A stretch of DNA of 64,000 nucleotides from Lama guanicoe (lineage: Eukaryota): positions 808,276 through 872,275 of the forward strand of contig MU057344.1 in the NCBI GenBank assembly GCA_013239625.1. Direction: 5' to 3'. The position numbers were made by a program, and so were the translations under genes. This document shows, piece after piece, positions 61,490 through 64,000 of the stretch. Position 1 is the stretch's first letter. The number at the start of each line of letters is the position of its first letter. Below the pieces are notes generated by a model that was not told where the DNA came from, made no database searches, and saw only the letters and a program-made list of their open reading frames with translations.

Positions 61490-61764
61490 AGCTGGTGATG
61501 CTGGGAGAGATGGTGACAGAGGATGGATAATGAGAGGATGGACAGTGATGCTGGTGAAGGTGGTGGGTGATAATGGATGAGGTCTTGGAGATGGTGTTGG
61601 TGGCGGGGACGATGCTGGTGGTCAAGGTGGCGGGTGATAATGGACGAAGTGCTGGAGATGGTGTTCGTGGCGGGGATGCGTGTGATGGTGGGGGTGGTGG
61701 TGATGATGCTGGTGGTCAAGGTGGTGAAGGTGATAATGGACGAAGTGCTGGAGATGGTGATGGC
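61490..61764. repeat. GGT/GAT-rich low-complexity repeat with three copies of a ~31-bp core
   Basis: GGTGATAATGGA(C/T)GA(A/G)GT..TGGAGATGGTG at about 61566, 61633 and 61729. Confidence 0.85.
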
Positions 61765-61898
61765 TGCGGGGGTGCGTTTCTTAGTGGGCGTTTTCTCCTC
61801 TCTGCATTGTCTTCCCTCGAGCAGAGTTGAAAGGCATTCCTCTCCTGCCTCCCCTCCCCAGGATGCCTGTGAGGCGCTCACCCCGGCTTCTGTTGCAG

Positions 61899-61996
61899 GA
61901 CATCGACTGGGTGCAGACGGAGAAGCACGTGTTTGAGCAGGCGTCCAGCAGCCCTTTCCTGGTCGGCCTGCACTCCTGCTTCCAGACCACAAGCCG
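61899..61996 (+). CDS. PRKCZ: PRKCZ exon 10 (98 nt): [32 protein letters not shown](R); alphaC helix
   Basis: ttctgttgcAG|GACATC ... AGCCG|GTAAGA; conserved alphaC Glu in QTEK. Confidence 0.97.
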
Positions 61997-62487
61997 GTAA
62001 GAGAAGGCGTTTCTGGGTCCTGCTGGTTTCTGCTCCAAACTCTGTGGAAGCTGAGTTGGCGTGAGGCTTCTGTAGGCTTCGCCCTCTTGCAAATCTGGGG
62101 GCTTTGGGGGCATCAGACCAGCTTTGCTGTTCTCATTGGCTGGTGTCAGATGAAGTACACCCCATGCAACTGAAGCCAAGCGCTGTGATTCTGCTCACAA
62201 AGTGTTCAGCAGCGGCATCCCCGCTGCTGCAGGCGTGGGGCCGGGGCTGGATGTCCCTGTGCGCGGGGTGGGGGGGTGTCTGTGCTTGGGGACAATACTG
62301 ATTAGTGGAATAAATTAATAAATACTAATAGCTTCACTCAAGCTTGAATGCACCAGAATTCTGTTTTAAAAGGTTTGAGGGCTACTGGTCTAGGATATTC
62401 AGTGTATACGTGGTTTGGATTTTTTGGGGCGGGGGGGACCAGATGACTTGAACTCACTCGGTTGGTTTACTTGAAAAATTATTGACT

Positions 62488-62880
62488 CTGTGCTGGGTCA
62501 GGGCCCTCGAGGCCCACCTCCGGGCTCAGTGACTCTCTCAGAGGGCTCCCAGGACTCTGCACGTTGCACTCAAGGCTGAGATAGTTGCTGTGAAAGAACG
62601 TGAAGTAGAATTTAGAATTTGGCAAAGGGACACGGTGCACGTGGCAAAATCGGGAGGAAACCAGCCGAGCTGTCCGCGCCCCTCCCTGTGGAGTCCCGCG
62701 GGACACCTGGAACCCCTCCAGAAGTGGTTGGGAGTCGCAGGGGTTTTATCGGGGTGGGTCCCGTAGGCACCCTGCCTAACATGAGTCGGCGTTCCAGACT
62801 CCCAGCGCGCAGCAGGTGCTCGGTGCCAACCACGTTGTTCATGCACGAGCAGTGAGCACGCGAGCCTCGCTCCTCCCTCA
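62488..62880. mobile_element. MER77/MER21-group LTR fragment in intron 10
   Basis: CCCACCTCCGGGCTCAGTGACTC...AGGACTC, CTCCCTGTGGAGTC, GGGTTTTATCGGGG, TTCCAGACTCCCAG. Confidence 0.45.
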
Positions 62881-63387
62881 GGGACGGTTCCCATCTGCAG
62901 GGAGCCGCTTCCCCGCGAGGTCCGGCTCCAGCCAGCCTTGCAGGAGGCCTTTCTGCGCAGCAGTCGGGGCTCTGCAGTGTTGGCTCATCTGCTTGGTGCT
63001 TCGCTGTAAATCAGGGCAGCAGCTCCCCCCACATCCCCCTCACCTCTCTCCTCATCTTCAGTCCCCTGTTCCCACCCACACTGGCCTTTCCCCCAAACCT
63101 GTGCTTGTCCCCTCCCTGGATCTCCCTGCCTCTGCCTCCTAAATGGGTCTCGGATTCCTCCCATTTTCTCCCTGCAAACGCAGCCACAGCCTCCTGGGGG
63201 TCCCCAGGCCATCAGGTCCCGGACGTTGGAACTAAACCGGATTTGGGAAGCACAGATCTGAAGTGTCCGCCTCCTGCCTCAGAGCCCCCTGGCTACTTGC
63301 CCACTTGCTCCGAGGCCTGTGGACAAGGCCCTGCAACCAGGCTCCAGCCCGGGTCCCTCTATCTGTCTTTGCCGGGTGGCCCAGCGG

Positions 63388-63418
63388 GCCCTGCCCTGCC
63401 CTGCCCTGCCCTGCCCTG
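63388..63418. repeat. (GCCCT)6 microsatellite
   Basis: Read directly from the sequence. Confidence 0.9.
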
Positions 63419-64000
63419 TCCAGAGCCCACTGGGAGGGCCCGGCAGTCAGAGGGGCCCCAAGCTGTGCCCAGTGCACTTCCCATGCCTCCCTTTGGCACC
63501 GAGCCGTCTCTTGGAATCATGGAACAGGCCCAGGGGAGGGTATCCCCAACCCTACCCGTTCCAGACGGATTCCAAGACAGGTTTGCTTTGTCTGGGGGCT
63601 GACGTTTGTAGGAGCTGGTTGGGCGTGAGTGTGCTGGGGTGAGGTGTGTCAAACGCACTTCCTCCTCCGCTTTCTCACTTACTCTCCGGAAACCTCCTCC
63701 GGTCACGTTTCCCAGGTGCGTTAAGTCAGGTCTTGAAAAGAAAGCATCCGGTAGGCGTGTGCGCGCGACCCCTGCGCCGCAGCCACGGCTGTACCGGCTT
63801 CGCAGACTGCCGCTTAGGCGGCTTGTTTACCACCTTCGACGGCCGCAGTTGGGAGGCCTCCCAGGAGGAACTCGTGTCTGCGTCTGGTTTCTCTGCCTCT
63901 TCCTTTCACAGAATCTGTCAGTGACCTCTAGGAGCACCCGAAGCTTGGTTGGTCAGGACAGGGTGTCTCCCCAGACTGTTTTTCTGTGCTGCTCCGACCC

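Larger units (their letters stand above)
1..64000 (+). other. PRKCZ: PRKCZ gene body, partial (intron 4 to intron 10); exons 1-4 and 11 onward lie outside the window
   Basis: Six exons splice in frame to give [15 protein letters not shown]...CGQC...[23 protein letters not shown]...YAMKVVKK...FQTTSR, recognisable as PKC-zeta (DSVMPSQEP hinge, [13 protein letters not shown]). Confidence 0.97.

Noticed and set aside
61567-61936. Gly/Asp-rich and Val/Met-rich ORFs resembling low-complexity or membrane proteins
   Set aside because: They are translations of the GGT/GAT repeat and have no splice or homology support.
75-63924. Hundreds of long ORFs in the six-frame track (e.g. 75-1040, 1143-2249, 6218-7153, 22035-22943, 48888-49835)
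   Set aside because: Pro/Gly/Arg/Ala-rich, overlapping on both strands, with no recognisable domains; expected by chance in very GC-rich intronic DNA. Only segments coinciding with PRKCZ exons or Tigger1 remnants are meaningful.

Overview
This is GC-rich mammalian DNA. Three copies of a tRNA-derived SINE resembling the camelid Vic-1 family suggest a camel, alpaca or llama. The whole window lies inside PRKCZ (atypical protein kinase C zeta, + strand): most of the long intron 4, then coding exons 5-10 (pseudosubstrate, C1 zinc finger, hinge, kinase N-lobe), all with GT-AG boundaries and continuous reading phase. Exon numbers follow the human gene from memory. The main hidden structure is the internal promoter and non-coding first exon (exon 1', ~4534-4745) of the neuron-specific PKM-zeta transcript. 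It has a perfect CRE (4450-4457), a 5' leader with five out-of-frame uORFs and a G-quadruplex, and a start codon that is the last codon of exon 6. This system is known in rodents and human, so it is not new. Less familiar, mostly inferential, observations: the kinase frame stays open across exon 1' with near-cognate starts; a candidate extra first exon fused to the end of a Tigger1 fossil; a POU4/SOX palindrome pair beside a possible 9-nt microexon; an L2-derived RE1-like site; a candidate intronic poly(A) site after exon 10; a near-perfect 140-bp duplication; and strong AT-to-GC drift in old transposons. The rest is decayed L1, MaLR/ERVL LTRs, DNA transposons, small tandem repeats and one 154-N gap. 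Repeat names and boundaries were judged by eye and are approximate. Nearly all ORFs in the supplied track are spurious.
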